The notes under the pieces were generated by a model, which did no database searches, was not told the origin of the DNA, and saw only the letters and a list, made by a program, of their open reading frames with translations. This document shows positions 16,918-25,961 of a stretch of 40,166 nucleotides of DNA, piece by piece; position 1 is the stretch's first letter; each line of letters starts with the position of its first letter. Origin of the DNA: an uncultured Actinomycetota bacterium (GTDB taxonomy: Bacteria > Actinomycetota > Geothermincolia > Geothermincolales > RBG-13-55-18); contig CAZQFX010000004.1 in assembly GCA_964592775.1 (NCBI GenBank), positions 1-40,166 of the forward strand, given 5' to 3'. The position numbers were made by a program, and so were the translations under genes.

Positions 16918-16937
16918 GAACATTGAAAAGGCCCTAC

Positions 16938-17073
16938 GCTATAAGCTGCCGGCCAACCCCATATGCCCTATAGCATGAGATGGAATCAGCACATTCCACC
17001 CCCTGAAATAGCCCTATCCGCCGGTGGCTTATAGCTCCCCTTTTGGGAGGCGCTTAGGCGCCTCCTTTCATTT
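16938..17073 (+). ncRNA. candidate structured RNA: 16-bp closing stem, inner hairpin, own terminator
   Basis: GCUAUAAGCUGCCGGC (16938-16953) pairs with GCCGGUGGCUUAUAGC (17020-17035), giving 14 Watson-Crick pairs and 2 G.U pairs. The G.U pairs work only on the + strand. Inner hairpin is UGGAAU-CAGCAC-AUUCCA. A terminator GGAGGCGC-UUAG-GCGCCUCC + UUUCAUUU follows (17046-17073). Confidence 0.35.
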
Positions 17074-17305
17074 GGGACCCTCCGAGAATACATTCCCGAA
17101 ATCCCGCTTAGGGGTCAGGCCTGGAACGGGATCGGCTGTGGTCTACCACTATATGTTGCTTCGCCAGTCGCTGAAGGTTTGCCCAAAAAAATAGCGACCG
17201 GCATTTTCGTCCTCGGTGGTGTCGCGGCCGCGCGACATGGACGGCTGCCCCCCAACCGGCTTTGTCCTGGCGAGAAAAGCTGCAGCGATGTCTCCCGAGG
17301 TCCGT

Positions 17306-18520
17306 TCATGGCGCGAGCGAAAGCCCGGCCGGGGCTCGAGATCTGCGGCGCGCCTTAAGCGAGGACGGCTTGTAGGGTTCCGCGATGGCGAGCTCCGGCC
17401 TTCCGCACGGGGGGTTCTCGAGGCCGGCGCAGCTCACGTGGCAGTTGGCCGCGCATCCCGGCACGGGATCGAATCCAAGCGGCCCCACGCGGCGGGAGAA
17501 GGGCATGACGAAAGCCTCGCAGTGGGGGAGCCCCGCCGTGTCCGCCTCCCCCGCTGCCAATTCCTGGCATACCGCGTAGGTCATCCCCGCTTCCCCCGCC
17601 GCGTCGCGCATGGCGCGGTGGAACTCGAGGCGCAGCGGGTGGCGCAGCATGTAGCCGCTGGAGGTGTAGGAACGGTCGTAGGTATAATCCCGCGCGAGTT
17701 CCTCCGCCTTGAGGGGAGAAAGGCCGCCCACCAGGTCGCGCAGCCCGGCCAGGGTGGCCCGCGTGAAGCGGCCCGTGGAGCTGACCACGTGCCCCGCTCC
17801 CGCCGCGGCGCAGTCCGCGAGGATCCCCGCGGCTATATCCGCCCAGCCATCACCATAGAGAGCGCGCCACAACGGGGGGATCACCGGGTCCAGCCGCACC
17901 AGGGCCGGAAGCCCGAGCGAAGCCGCCCAGCGCAGAGCATCCAGCCTCCGTTCGTAGCCGGGCGCCATGGGAGAGAGGAATGCCAGGACCTCCGGGCCCC
18001 CCTCGACCGTCACGGCCAGGAAGAAGAAGCCCGTACCGGGGAAGCCCTCCACCCCGCCGAGGAAGGAGGGGTCCCCCTTGGTGATGACGTGGAAGCTCAC
18101 CCCCCACCGCACCAGCACGTCCACCAGGTCTTTGACCGCTCCGCGCAGCTCCGGCACGTTCTGGCATGGGTCGGTCACGTTGGATATGGACACGGGCGGG
18201 CACAGTTCCAGCTTCGCCAGTTCCTTTTCGACCACGGTGGCGAGGTTTGAATAGACGACCATGCCGCCTTCCGTACGGCTCGAGTAGACCGCGTCCCGCG
18301 CGTAACAGTAGAGGCAATCGTGCAGGCAATTCCCCCTGCCTGGCGGGGCCACGTTCACTATCCACTTGTGATAGCACTTGCGCCCCTCGCCCCGGTAGGG
18401 GAAATCGTGCAACGTGGGCGAACGCCGCTCGCGCAGGATCGTGTTCATGCCTTCATGATAATCCATACCTGCCCGCGCCAGGCCTCGCGCCACCGTTTTG
18501 CCGCTCGCGATGGTTTCCAT
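17306..18520 (-). CDS. radical SAM protein with C-terminal Cys-rich extension (start uncertain)
   Basis: ORF 17306..18577. CLHDCLYCYARD is a CxxxCxxC motif. The C-terminus has CEAF..GCAANCHVSCAGLENPPCG. The first 19 codons of the track ORF have low GC3, so I start at ATG 18520. ATG 18466 and ATG 18448 are also possible. Confidence 0.8.
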   Translation of the reverse strand: METIASGKTVARGLARAGMDYHEGMNTILRERRSPTLHDFPYRGEGRKCYHKWIVNVAPPGRGNCLHDCLYCYARDAVYSSRTEGGMVVYSNLATVVEKELAKLELCPPVSISNVTDPCQNVPELRGAVKDLVDVLVRWGVSFHVITKGDPSFLGGVEGFPGTGFFFLAVTVEGGPEVLAFLSPMAPGYERRLDALRWAASLGLPALVRLDPVIPPLWRALYGDGWADIAAGILADCAAAGAGHVVSSTGRFTRATLAGLRDLVGGLSPLKAEELARDYTYDRSYTSSGYMLRHPLRLEFHRAMRDAAGEAGMTYAVCQELAAGEADTAGLPHCEAFVMPFSRRVGPLGFDPVPGCAANCHVSCAGLENPPCGRPELAIAEPYKPSSLKARRRSRAPAGLSLAP

Positions 18521-18670
18521 GCCGGCCCGTGGCTTGACTGGTGTTGTTGGGACAGCAGGGAAAGTGGGTATATGCATAGTTGGCTCGCGTCAGGCGGCAA
18601 CGACGGAAGGGCTTGCGCCATGCAAGCCCGTCTAGCTGGTTTTTCTGGGCGGAATCGAACCGACGCCGTA

Positions 18671-18700
18671 TTGATTTGTCTCAACCGGGGAACATATAAT
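18671..18700 (+). promoter_or_regulatory. sigma70-like promoter TTGATT-18-TATAAT upstream of fadA
   Basis: Read directly from the sequence. It implies a 5'UTR of about 270 nt before ATG 18975. Confidence 0.5.
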
Positions 18701-18974
18701 GAATGACGGAAAGCGGATGCAGAAGAAGAGGTCGCAGCAATGGACGCAGCAATACTCCCGGAGGTCTTTCAATATCCCACCCACGTCGATCGCCGGGGAG
18801 CAGCGCCCCGTTCCATAAATGCGGTGATGCACGGAGAGAGCCGGTACAGCGGTGGCGGAACGCCGCTGTGTTTATGGAGCGGAGCACCCAGCCCCTTTAC
18901 ATAGATCCCGCAAACCACCCTGAAGAACGGGCGCCCGCGAACCGCGCCCCGGATAACTAGAAGGAGGGGAAGTT

Positions 18975-20165
18975 ATGGCCAGGGAATTGCAGGAAGTCTA
19001 CGTCATCGACGCCTGCCGCACCGCCTTTGGCAAAGCCCGGCCCGACGGCATCTTCGCCCAGACGCGCGCCGACGACCTGGTGGTCAAGGTGATCCGCTCC
19101 CTGCTGGAGCGCAATCCCGGGGTCCCCGGGGACAAGATCGAGGACAACGTGTGGGCGGCATCCACCCAGTACGGCGACCAGGGCCTGACCATCGGCCGCA
19201 CAACCGCCATACTCGCGGGCCTGGGGGTCCAGACTCCGGGGGTCGCCATCGACCGCATGTGCGCCGGAGGGTTGACCGCCATCTGCTTCGGAGCTTCGGA
19301 GATACAGGTGGGGGCGGCCGACCTCATCATCGCCGGCGGCGTCGAGCACATGGGGAACCATCCCATGGGGCAGGGCGCCGACCCCAACCCCCGCTTCCTG
19401 GCGGAGAAACTGGTGGACCAGAGCGCCCTCAACATGGGCATGACGGCCGAGAACCTGCACGACCTTTACCCCAACATCACCAAGGAGATGTGCGACGAAT
19501 ACGCGGTCCTCTGCCAGCAGAAGGCCAAGAAGGCCCTGGACGACGGCAAGTTCGACAGGATCATCGTGCCCATGACGGTGTGGAGCGGCAACGGCTGGAG
19601 GCTGGCCGACAAGGACGAGCAGCCGCGCCCGGAGGCCTCGGCGGAAAACATGAAGGGCCTGCGCACCCCCTTCCGCGTCAAGGGCAGGGTCACCCCCGGC
19701 AATGCCTCGGGCCTCAACGACGGGGCGGCCGGCGCCATCCTGGCTTCGGAGAAGGCGGTCAAGGAGTACGGCCTCAAGCCCATGATGCGCCTGGTGCAGT
19801 ACTCTTTCGCCGGCGTGAAGCCCGAGATCATGGGCATCGGTCCCGTCCCTGCCACCAAGAGGGCCCTGGAAAGGTCCGGGCTGAAGCTCGAAGACATTGA
19901 CGTCTTCGAGATCAACGAGGCCTTCGCCGTGCAGGTCATCGCCTTCATGCATGAGTTCGGCATCGACAAGCTGGACGACCCGCGCGTCAATCCCTGGGGA
20001 GGGGCCATCGCCTTCGGGCACCCTCTCGCCTCTTCCGGCGGACGCCTCACCGCCCAGTTGGCCTACGAGTTCGCCGACAACCCCAAGGCCAGGTACGGCC
20101 TGGCGACCATGTGCGTGGGGCTCGGCCAGGGCGCGTCCGCGATCTTCGAGAACGTCCAGAACTGA
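18975..20165 (+). CDS. fadA: acetyl-CoA C-acyltransferase (thiolase)
   Basis: 396 aa. RBS GAAGGAGGGG. Nucleophile region DRMCAGGL. C-terminal GHPLASSG and ATMCVGLGQG thiolase signatures. Confidence 0.95.
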   Translation: MARELQEVYVIDACRTAFGKARPDGIFAQTRADDLVVKVIRSLLERNPGVPGDKIEDNVWAASTQYGDQGLTIGRTTAILAGLGVQTPGVAIDRMCAGGLTAICFGASEIQVGAADLIIAGGVEHMGNHPMGQGADPNPRFLAEKLVDQSALNMGMTAENLHDLYPNITKEMCDEYAVLCQQKAKKALDDGKFDRIIVPMTVWSGNGWRLADKDEQPRPEASAENMKGLRTPFRVKGRVTPGNASGLNDGAAGAILASEKAVKEYGLKPMMRLVQYSFAGVKPEIMGIGPVPATKRALERSGLKLEDIDVFEINEAFAVQVIAFMHEFGIDKLDDPRVNPWGGAIAFGHPLASSGGRLTAQLAYEFADNPKARYGLATMCVGLGQGASAIFENVQN

Positions 20166-20192
20166 AGAGCGAGGAAGGAAAGGAGGTAAGAG

Positions 20193-22235
20193 ATGCCTGA
20201 CGAGCTGGTAACCCAGTTTAAGGATACTTATTTCGAATCGCCGGCCGGCAAGGTCGCCGTCGTCACCATGGACAACGGCGAGGACTACCGCAAACCCAAC
20301 AGCTTCGGACCGGGCGGCATCGCCAGCCTGAACGAGTGCCTGGACCGCGTCGCGGCCGAGCCCGACGTCAAGGCCATGATCTTAACCGGCAAGCCCTTCA
20401 TCTTCGGGGCGGGAGCGGACCTCACGCTGGTACCGGAGGTGAAAACCTACGAGCAAGCCCTGGAGATCGCGAAGATGGGGCACACCGCCTTCAAGCGCAT
20501 CATCGATCTGCCCTATCCGACGGTTGGGGCCATCAACGGCGTCGCCCTGGGCGGGGGCCTGGAGATCGCCCTGGCCTGCGACTACCGCACCATATCGCCC
20601 GGGGCGGTGGCCGTGGGTTTCCCCGAGTGCTTCCTGGGGCTCATCCCGGGATGGGGCGGGACCACCCTGCTGCCCAAGCTCATCGGCCCCGAGAAGGCGC
20701 TGGAGATCATCATCCACAACGCCCTCAACAACAACCGCATGATCAACGGCAAGAAGGCCTTCGAGATGGGCATAGCGGACCGCATCTTCGAGCCCGTGGA
20801 CTTCCTCGACAAGACGGTGGAGTTCACCGTGGGCATTCTGCAGGGCACGGAGAAGGTGGAGAGGCCGGAGCCCGACTGGTCCAACCTCGACGCGCTGGTG
20901 GCGCAGGCCAGGGCCGCGGCCGACTCCAAGGTGCACGGCAGCTCCAAGGCGCCCTACATGGCTATCGACAACATCGCCGCGGCGAAGGACAACACGGTGG
21001 ACGAGGGGTTCGCCCTGGAGGACGAGGCCCTGGCCACGCTCATCCCTTCCCCCCAGATGCAGGCGGGGGCCTACGCCTTCGACCTCACCCAGCGCCGGGC
21101 CAAGAAGCCCGTGGGCGTGCCGGAGGGGGCGCCCCTGCCGGTTAAGAAGGTGGGTATCCTGGGCGCGGGGCTCATGGGCAGCCAGCTGGCGGTGCTCTTC
21201 CTGCGCCGCATGAAGGTCCCCGTGGTCATCAAGGACATCAAGCAGGAGTTCGTGGACAAGGGCATGGGCTATATCGAGCAGGAGATCAACCGCCAGGCGG
21301 AGAAGGGCCGCATCGACAAGGACCAGGTGCCCTGGATCCTCAGCCTGGTTGAGCCCACGCTGGACTACGCCGACATGGCCGACTGTGATTTCGTCATCGA
21401 GGCGGTGCTGGAGGAGATGCCGCTGAAGAAGAAGGTCTACGCCGAGCTCGAGGAGTTCGTCTCCGAGGCCGCCATACTGGCCACCAATACCTCCTCGCTC
21501 TCGGTGACGGAGATGGCCTCCGACCTCAAACACCCCGAGCGCGTGGTGGGGTTCCACTTCTTCAACCCGGTGGCGGCCATGCCCCTGCTGGAGATCATCA
21601 AGGCGGAGAAGACCAACGACCCCACCCTGATCACCGCCGTGGACACGGGCCGCAAGCTGGGGAAGCGCTGCGTGCTGTGCAAGGACGCGCCGGCCTTCAT
21701 CGTCAACCGCCTGCTGCTGCGCTCCATGGTGGAGACGGTGAAGCTGGTGGACGAGGGCAACGATTTCAAGGACGTGGACGAGGCGCTATGGGCCCTGGGG
21801 ACCCCCATGCCCCCCTTCGCTCTCCTAGCCCTGGTGGGGCCGGCCATCGCCCTGCACACCAATGAGACCCTGGCCGGCGCCTTCCCGGACCGCTACACGG
21901 TGAGCGGGAACTTCAAGGAGCTGGTGGCGCGCAAGAAGCCGGGCGTCTACGGCCCCGACGGCGAGGTCGATCCCGAGGTGCGCGAGCTCTGGAAGCAGGC
22001 CGACCCACCGGTGAAGATCGGCGCCCAGGAGATGCGCGACCGCGTCAGCGAAGCCTTGGCCGACGAGTGCTGGAGGATGCTCGACGAGGGAGTGGTGGGC
22101 GCGCCGGAGGAGATCGACATCTGCATGATCTTCGGCGCCGGCTACCCCTTCTACATGGGCGGCCTCACCCGCTATCTCGACTACGCCGGCTACTCCGAGA
22201 AGGTCAAGGGGAAGAAGTTCCACTCCGACGCCTAG
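20193..22235 (+). CDS. fadB: bifunctional enoyl-CoA hydratase / 3-hydroxyacyl-CoA dehydrogenase
   Basis: 680 aa. RBS GGAAAGGAGG. N-terminal crotonase fold (FGAGADL, GGGLEIALACD). Central NAD fold VGILGAGLMGSQLA. HFFNP motif. Confidence 0.95.
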   Translation: MPDELVTQFKDTYFESPAGKVAVVTMDNGEDYRKPNSFGPGGIASLNECLDRVAAEPDVKAMILTGKPFIFGAGADLTLVPEVKTYEQALEIAKMGHTAFKRIIDLPYPTVGAINGVALGGGLEIALACDYRTISPGAVAVGFPECFLGLIPGWGGTTLLPKLIGPEKALEIIIHNALNNNRMINGKKAFEMGIADRIFEPVDFLDKTVEFTVGILQGTEKVERPEPDWSNLDALVAQARAAADSKVHGSSKAPYMAIDNIAAAKDNTVDEGFALEDEALATLIPSPQMQAGAYAFDLTQRRAKKPVGVPEGAPLPVKKVGILGAGLMGSQLAVLFLRRMKVPVVIKDIKQEFVDKGMGYIEQEINRQAEKGRIDKDQVPWILSLVEPTLDYADMADCDFVIEAVLEEMPLKKKVYAELEEFVSEAAILATNTSSLSVTEMASDLKHPERVVGFHFFNPVAAMPLLEIIKAEKTNDPTLITAVDTGRKLGKRCVLCKDAPAFIVNRLLLRSMVETVKLVDEGNDFKDVDEALWALGTPMPPFALLALVGPAIALHTNETLAGAFPDRYTVSGNFKELVARKKPGVYGPDGEVDPEVRELWKQADPPVKIGAQEMRDRVSEALADECWRMLDEGVVGAPEEIDICMIFGAGYPFYMGGLTRYLDYAGYSEKVKGKKFHSDA

Positions 22236-22251
22236 AGACAACGTCGATGGA

Positions 22252-22280
22252 GGCGGCTCCCCCGGCGGGAGCCGCCTTTT
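22252..22280 (+). terminator. intrinsic terminator of the fadAB operon
   Basis: GGCGGCUCCC-CCGGC-GGGAGCCGCC is a 10-bp perfect stem, followed by UUUU, and lies 17 nt after the fadB stop. Confidence 0.8.
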
Positions 22281-22286
22281 CATGGT

Positions 22287-22478
22287 TCGGGGCGCCGGTC
22301 TGAGGTCATGGGATATGGGGCCAGTTCTCGGAGTCTCGCCGTGGCATCGGGGAAATGCGTTGCGCCGGGTTTCGAAACTCGAGACCAGACCCCACCCTAC
22401 GGGGAACAGAGCGTACCGGAGGGGGCAGACGGACTGGCTATGGATCGGGGCGCCGGTCTCAGGTAATGGGAATTGGGG
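22287..22478 (+). repeat. 34-nt direct repeat pair (22287-22320 and 22445-22478)
   Basis: TCGGGGCGCCGGTCT[G/C]AGGT[C/A]ATGGGA[TA/AT]TGGGG, 30/34 identical. The 124-bp interior contains the palindrome GTTTCGAAAC followed by CTCGAG. Confidence 0.8.
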
Positions 22479-22545
22479 AACGAGCGTGCTCGCGAGTACA
22501 ATGCGGTAGAATATCTACGGTACAAACTCGCAGAAAGGAACGCCC

Positions 22546-23496
22546 TTGCTGCCGGAAGGCATGGTCCTACACAAGGACGGGGAGACGATATGGCCGGCGT
22601 CGGCCAACGTGCTCCTCGTAAGAGACCCCGACGGCGCCTATCTCGTGGACGTAGGATGCGGGCAGGAGGAGACGTACGTCCGCCTCAAGGAGTTCATCGC
22701 CGGGCAGGGACTCACCATCAATGATATCCATACCGTGGTGCTCACCCACGCCCATCCCGACCACATGGGGGCCATGCGCTACCTGCTGGAGGAGATATCC
22801 CCGCGCATCTTCCTGCATCCCGTGGAGATACCGCTGGCCGCGGAACCATCCCGCCTGAACCGCACCTTCGACATGCCCTTGCCGTTGCGTTACGGCATCA
22901 ACCCATACAACCTGGAGAAGCCGGACATATTGGAATACTTCGAAGCCAGCCGCTGCCGCATGTCCGGGGCCGACGCAACCCATACCATCGACCCGGACGG
23001 CGAGCTCGCGCTGGGAAGGTTCACCTTCCGGGTCGTCGTGACGCCGGGACATGCCAACGGCCTCGTCTCCCTCTTCGAGCCCGAGAGCGGCATGCTCTTC
23101 ACCGCCGATGCGGTGGGAGACGTGGTGGCCTGGTACTCCCCGTCCTCGGGCGGGCTGACCGGTTTCCTGGATGGCCTGGACCGCCTCGCGGCGGTACCCG
23201 CCTCCTTCGTCCTCCCCTCGCATGGAAACATCGGCGGCGAGCCCCTGGTGGAGGTGGAGAAGACGAGGAAGAGACTGCTGCGCCGCGAGGAGAAGGTAAT
23301 GGGTGAACTTGCTGGCGGGCCGCTGCCTTTCCCGGAACTGTCGGCGCGCGTCTTCAACAACAATCCGGCCATCGCTTTCTTCCCGGGACCGCAGATTCTC
23401 CAGTGCCACCTGGACAAACTGGAGGCCGAAGGCAGGGTGCGCTGCCGCGGGGAGGAGGACGGCTGGCTCGTCGAGGTCCTGCCGGGGAGGAAATAG
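22546..23496 (+). CDS. MBL-fold metallo-hydrolase
   Basis: 316 aa. TTG start with AAAGGA upstream. The motif LTHAHPDHMGA (HxHxDH) and later His/Asp ligands are present. Confidence 0.85.
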   Translation: MLPEGMVLHKDGETIWPASANVLLVRDPDGAYLVDVGCGQEETYVRLKEFIAGQGLTINDIHTVVLTHAHPDHMGAMRYLLEEISPRIFLHPVEIPLAAEPSRLNRTFDMPLPLRYGINPYNLEKPDILEYFEASRCRMSGADATHTIDPDGELALGRFTFRVVVTPGHANGLVSLFEPESGMLFTADAVGDVVAWYSPSSGGLTGFLDGLDRLAAVPASFVLPSHGNIGGEPLVEVEKTRKRLLRREEKVMGELAGGPLPFPELSARVFNNNPAIAFFPGPQILQCHLDKLEAEGRVRCRGEEDGWLVEVLPGRK

Positions 23497-23723
23497 GCCT
23501 TGGTGGCGATGGATGCATGGCGGCAAGCATGAGAGCATGGAAGCCGGGTCCGCCCCGCTTGCGTGAGGATACCAGTGCGAGGGGAGGAAATAAGTATACG
23601 CGGGGGAAAAATGAAAGGGAGGAGGCGTTGGGTATCGTGCCTCGCCCAGGAGCAATAACGAGGGCGCATCGGTAAAGTGCCTTGCATGACATCGGGAAGT
23701 GAACGGAATACGTGTATTAGGGG

Positions 23724-24503
23724 GTGAGGGAGTTGAGCGCATGTCCGCAATGCGGCGAGGAGAACAAGGAAGGCGCGAAGTTCTGTATCAAGTGTGGCGC
23801 TCCTCTGGGAGCGCCGGCCGCACCGGCGGCGCAGCCGACCGCCGCGGAGGCCGCTCCTCCACCCCCGGCGGCCGCGCCACCGCCTGTCGCGCCACCCGTG
23901 CAACCCACATATCAGCAGCCCGCGCAGTACGCGCAGCCGACCCCACCCGCGGGCACGTATGCGCAGCAGCCCTACGCGGCGCCCCCCGTGGCGCCCTACC
24001 CCCAGCAATACGCCCCCGCGCCGGCATATGTCACCGTCCGCAAGGAAAGGGGAGGCATGTTCTGGGTAGGGTCGCTCATCATCCTGGTTGCCGGCATACT
24101 CGTCCTGGTGAGTACGTGGATGTCGTGGGTGAGCGGGCCGGGAGGCTTTCATTCCCTATCCGGCTGGGACTGGTTCGACCTCGGCAAGTCGGGCGGTGGG
24201 GCGTCCGGAGAGGTAGTGAACGCCTTTTTCATCTACTCCGACGGTTACCCCATGTTCACCGGCCTGTGTTCGCTGATACTCGGGGGCCTGATCGCGCTGA
24301 TCGCGGTGCTCATGCTCCTCTTCCGCAGCAAAGGGCTGGGTGGCATCGCCATCCTCTTCCTTATCTTCGCCCTGGGCATGGCGATCACCAACCTCACCAC
24401 CATCTTGCGCACGGAGGGGATATCCGTGGGCGTGGGCATGTACAGCTTCCTCATCTTCTCGTTCCTGGGCCTGGTGGGCGGCGGCATGTCCATGTCGGGA
24501 TGA
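23724..24503 (+). CDS. zinc-ribbon domain membrane protein with Pro/Ala/Gln-rich linker
   Basis: GTG start. CPQCGEENKEGAKFCIKCG zinc ribbon, a ~80-aa PAPQ-rich linker, then four predicted TM helices. Confidence 0.7.
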   Translation: MRELSACPQCGEENKEGAKFCIKCGAPLGAPAAPAAQPTAAEAAPPPPAAAPPPVAPPVQPTYQQPAQYAQPTPPAGTYAQQPYAAPPVAPYPQQYAPAPAYVTVRKERGGMFWVGSLIILVAGILVLVSTWMSWVSGPGGFHSLSGWDWFDLGKSGGGASGEVVNAFFIYSDGYPMFTGLCSLILGGLIALIAVLMLLFRSKGLGGIAILFLIFALGMAITNLTTILRTEGISVGVGMYSFLIFSFLGLVGGGMSMSG

Positions 24504-24721
24504 CGCCCCCGGGCGGTCCGGCGAGCGGGCGCCGGGGGTGATAGGATACGTTAAGCGTATCCGGATCCAGGTGCTCCGTTCCGTGAAAGCGGCCTGCACC
24601 GGGAGCGCAATCGCGCCACGCCCTCCTGTCCCGGGCCGTGCGGGACGGGTCGGTGGGATGCGGGGGCTTTAGAACGTTATCGTATTCATATATCGGGGCA
24701 CGTAGATCCGCGCGGGTGAAT

Positions 24722-25930
24722 ATGTCTCCAGGAAACGGAGGGACCGGCCGGCGGCGGGAGTGGCTTCATCATATCTTGTATATTCTCGCCGGCCTGGTCC
24801 TGGCGGCGGTCCTGTTCTCCCGTGGCGCCGGTGACGGCGCCGCTTTCCTCATCCTGCCGTTGCCCCTGCTGGGCATAGCCGTGCTCACCAACGTGGAGGC
24901 GGGCAAGAACCGCTTCGGCCGCTACAAGGAGTACGGCATCCCGGACATCGTCGGCTCCGATGGCCTGGTGGTGGAGACGGAGACCATGGAGGAGATCGAC
25001 GGCGCCATCGGGCGCATCCTGTCCCATGGGGAGCGCCTCATCTGCCTCAACGGCGGCGACGGGACCGTGCAGCGTACCGTGACCCATATGGTCAACAAGT
25101 ACGGGGAGGGAGCTGACCGCATCCCGTTGCTCTTCCCCTTGAGGGGCGGGACCATGAACCTGCTGGCCGACCACCTCGAGGTCAGGGGGACGCCGCCGGA
25201 TCTGCTGAAGGCCGCGATGAAAACCGCCTGCGGCACGCAGGACTTACCCTACGTGGAAGTGCCCACTCTGAGGGTGACGCGGGATATGGGCGGGGTAACG
25301 GCAAGGGAGTACGGCTTCTTCTACGGTAACGGGGCCCTCTACCGTTTCCACCGCGTCTATTACCGCGAGACCAACGGGGGGCCGGTGGCGGCGGCCGGCC
25401 TCTTCGCGAAATGCGCGCTCGGGGGAGCCATCAAGCGCACCCGTTACAAGGACGTCTTCGGGCTCACCCCGGCGAGGGTGCTCATCGACGATTTCGAGTT
25501 GCCCGCGGACCAGGTCACCGTGGTCCTGGCGGTCATCTTCAAGGTGGTGGTCATATCCTTCGACGCCTTCCGGGACGAAGGGGAAGGCGACTTCTACGTC
25601 CTGGCCACCAGCGTGCCCATCTTCAAGATGGCGCGCAAGCTGCCCAGGCTGCTGTGGGCGAGAGGCGCGGAGCCCCCCTATGCGAAAGAAGAGTTCTTCA
25701 ACCAGAGAGCCTCGCGGGTGATGATGGAATGCCGCGAGGGATACAGCCTGGACGGGGAGGTATTCGAGCTGGAGGAGCCCTACCGCCTGACCATCGAGAC
25801 GGGACCGAAGGTCAAGTTCCTTAACCTTAGGACCCAGGCCCATATATCCGGTAACGCATCGAGAGCGTCGAGAGCGTCGCTGCGCCACGCCGATTCATCC
25901 CGCGCCGTGCGGGACAAGGCGCGCGACTGA
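24722..25930 (+). CDS. membrane-anchored DAG-kinase catalytic-domain protein
   Basis: Internal ATG of ORF 24638..25930. Two N-terminal TM helices. LICLNGGDGTVQRTV (GGDGT) motif. The last ~30 codons lie in repeat-derived DNA. Confidence 0.75.
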   Translation: MSPGNGGTGRRREWLHHILYILAGLVLAAVLFSRGAGDGAAFLILPLPLLGIAVLTNVEAGKNRFGRYKEYGIPDIVGSDGLVVETETMEEIDGAIGRILSHGERLICLNGGDGTVQRTVTHMVNKYGEGADRIPLLFPLRGGTMNLLADHLEVRGTPPDLLKAAMKTACGTQDLPYVEVPTLRVTRDMGGVTAREYGFFYGNGALYRFHRVYYRETNGGPVAAAGLFAKCALGGAIKRTRYKDVFGLTPARVLIDDFELPADQVTVVLAVIFKVVVISFDAFRDEGEGDFYVLATSVPIFKMARKLPRLLWARGAEPPYAKEEFFNQRASRVMMECREGYSLDGEVFELEEPYRLTIETGPKVKFLNLRTQAHISGNASRASRASLRHADSSRAVRDKARD

Positions 25931-25961
25931 GGCGTACTCCGCGAGTACGTCGCAGGGAGCG
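25838..25961 (-). repeat. inverted, diverged copy of the interior of the 5882-6044 element
   Basis: CTGAGGCGTACTCCGCGAGTACGTCGCAGGGAGCG (25927-25961) matches the reverse complement of 5943-5977 at 32/35 positions. Homology continues through GGCGCAGCG.CGCTCTCGA and CGGT.ACG.ATCGAGAGCG. There is a local tandem CGAGAGCGT x2. Confidence 0.7.

Noticed and set aside
18640-18723. tRNA-like 3' end on the minus strand: GTCGG-TTCGATT-CCGCC T-arm followed by CAGAAAA-A-CCA.
   Set aside because: No D-arm is present. The best anticodon helix has a 6-nt loop and the acceptor pairs at only 4-5 of 7 positions. It is not an intact tRNA. At most it is a decayed tRNA or att-site remnant, and tRNAscan-SE or ARAGORN would settle it.
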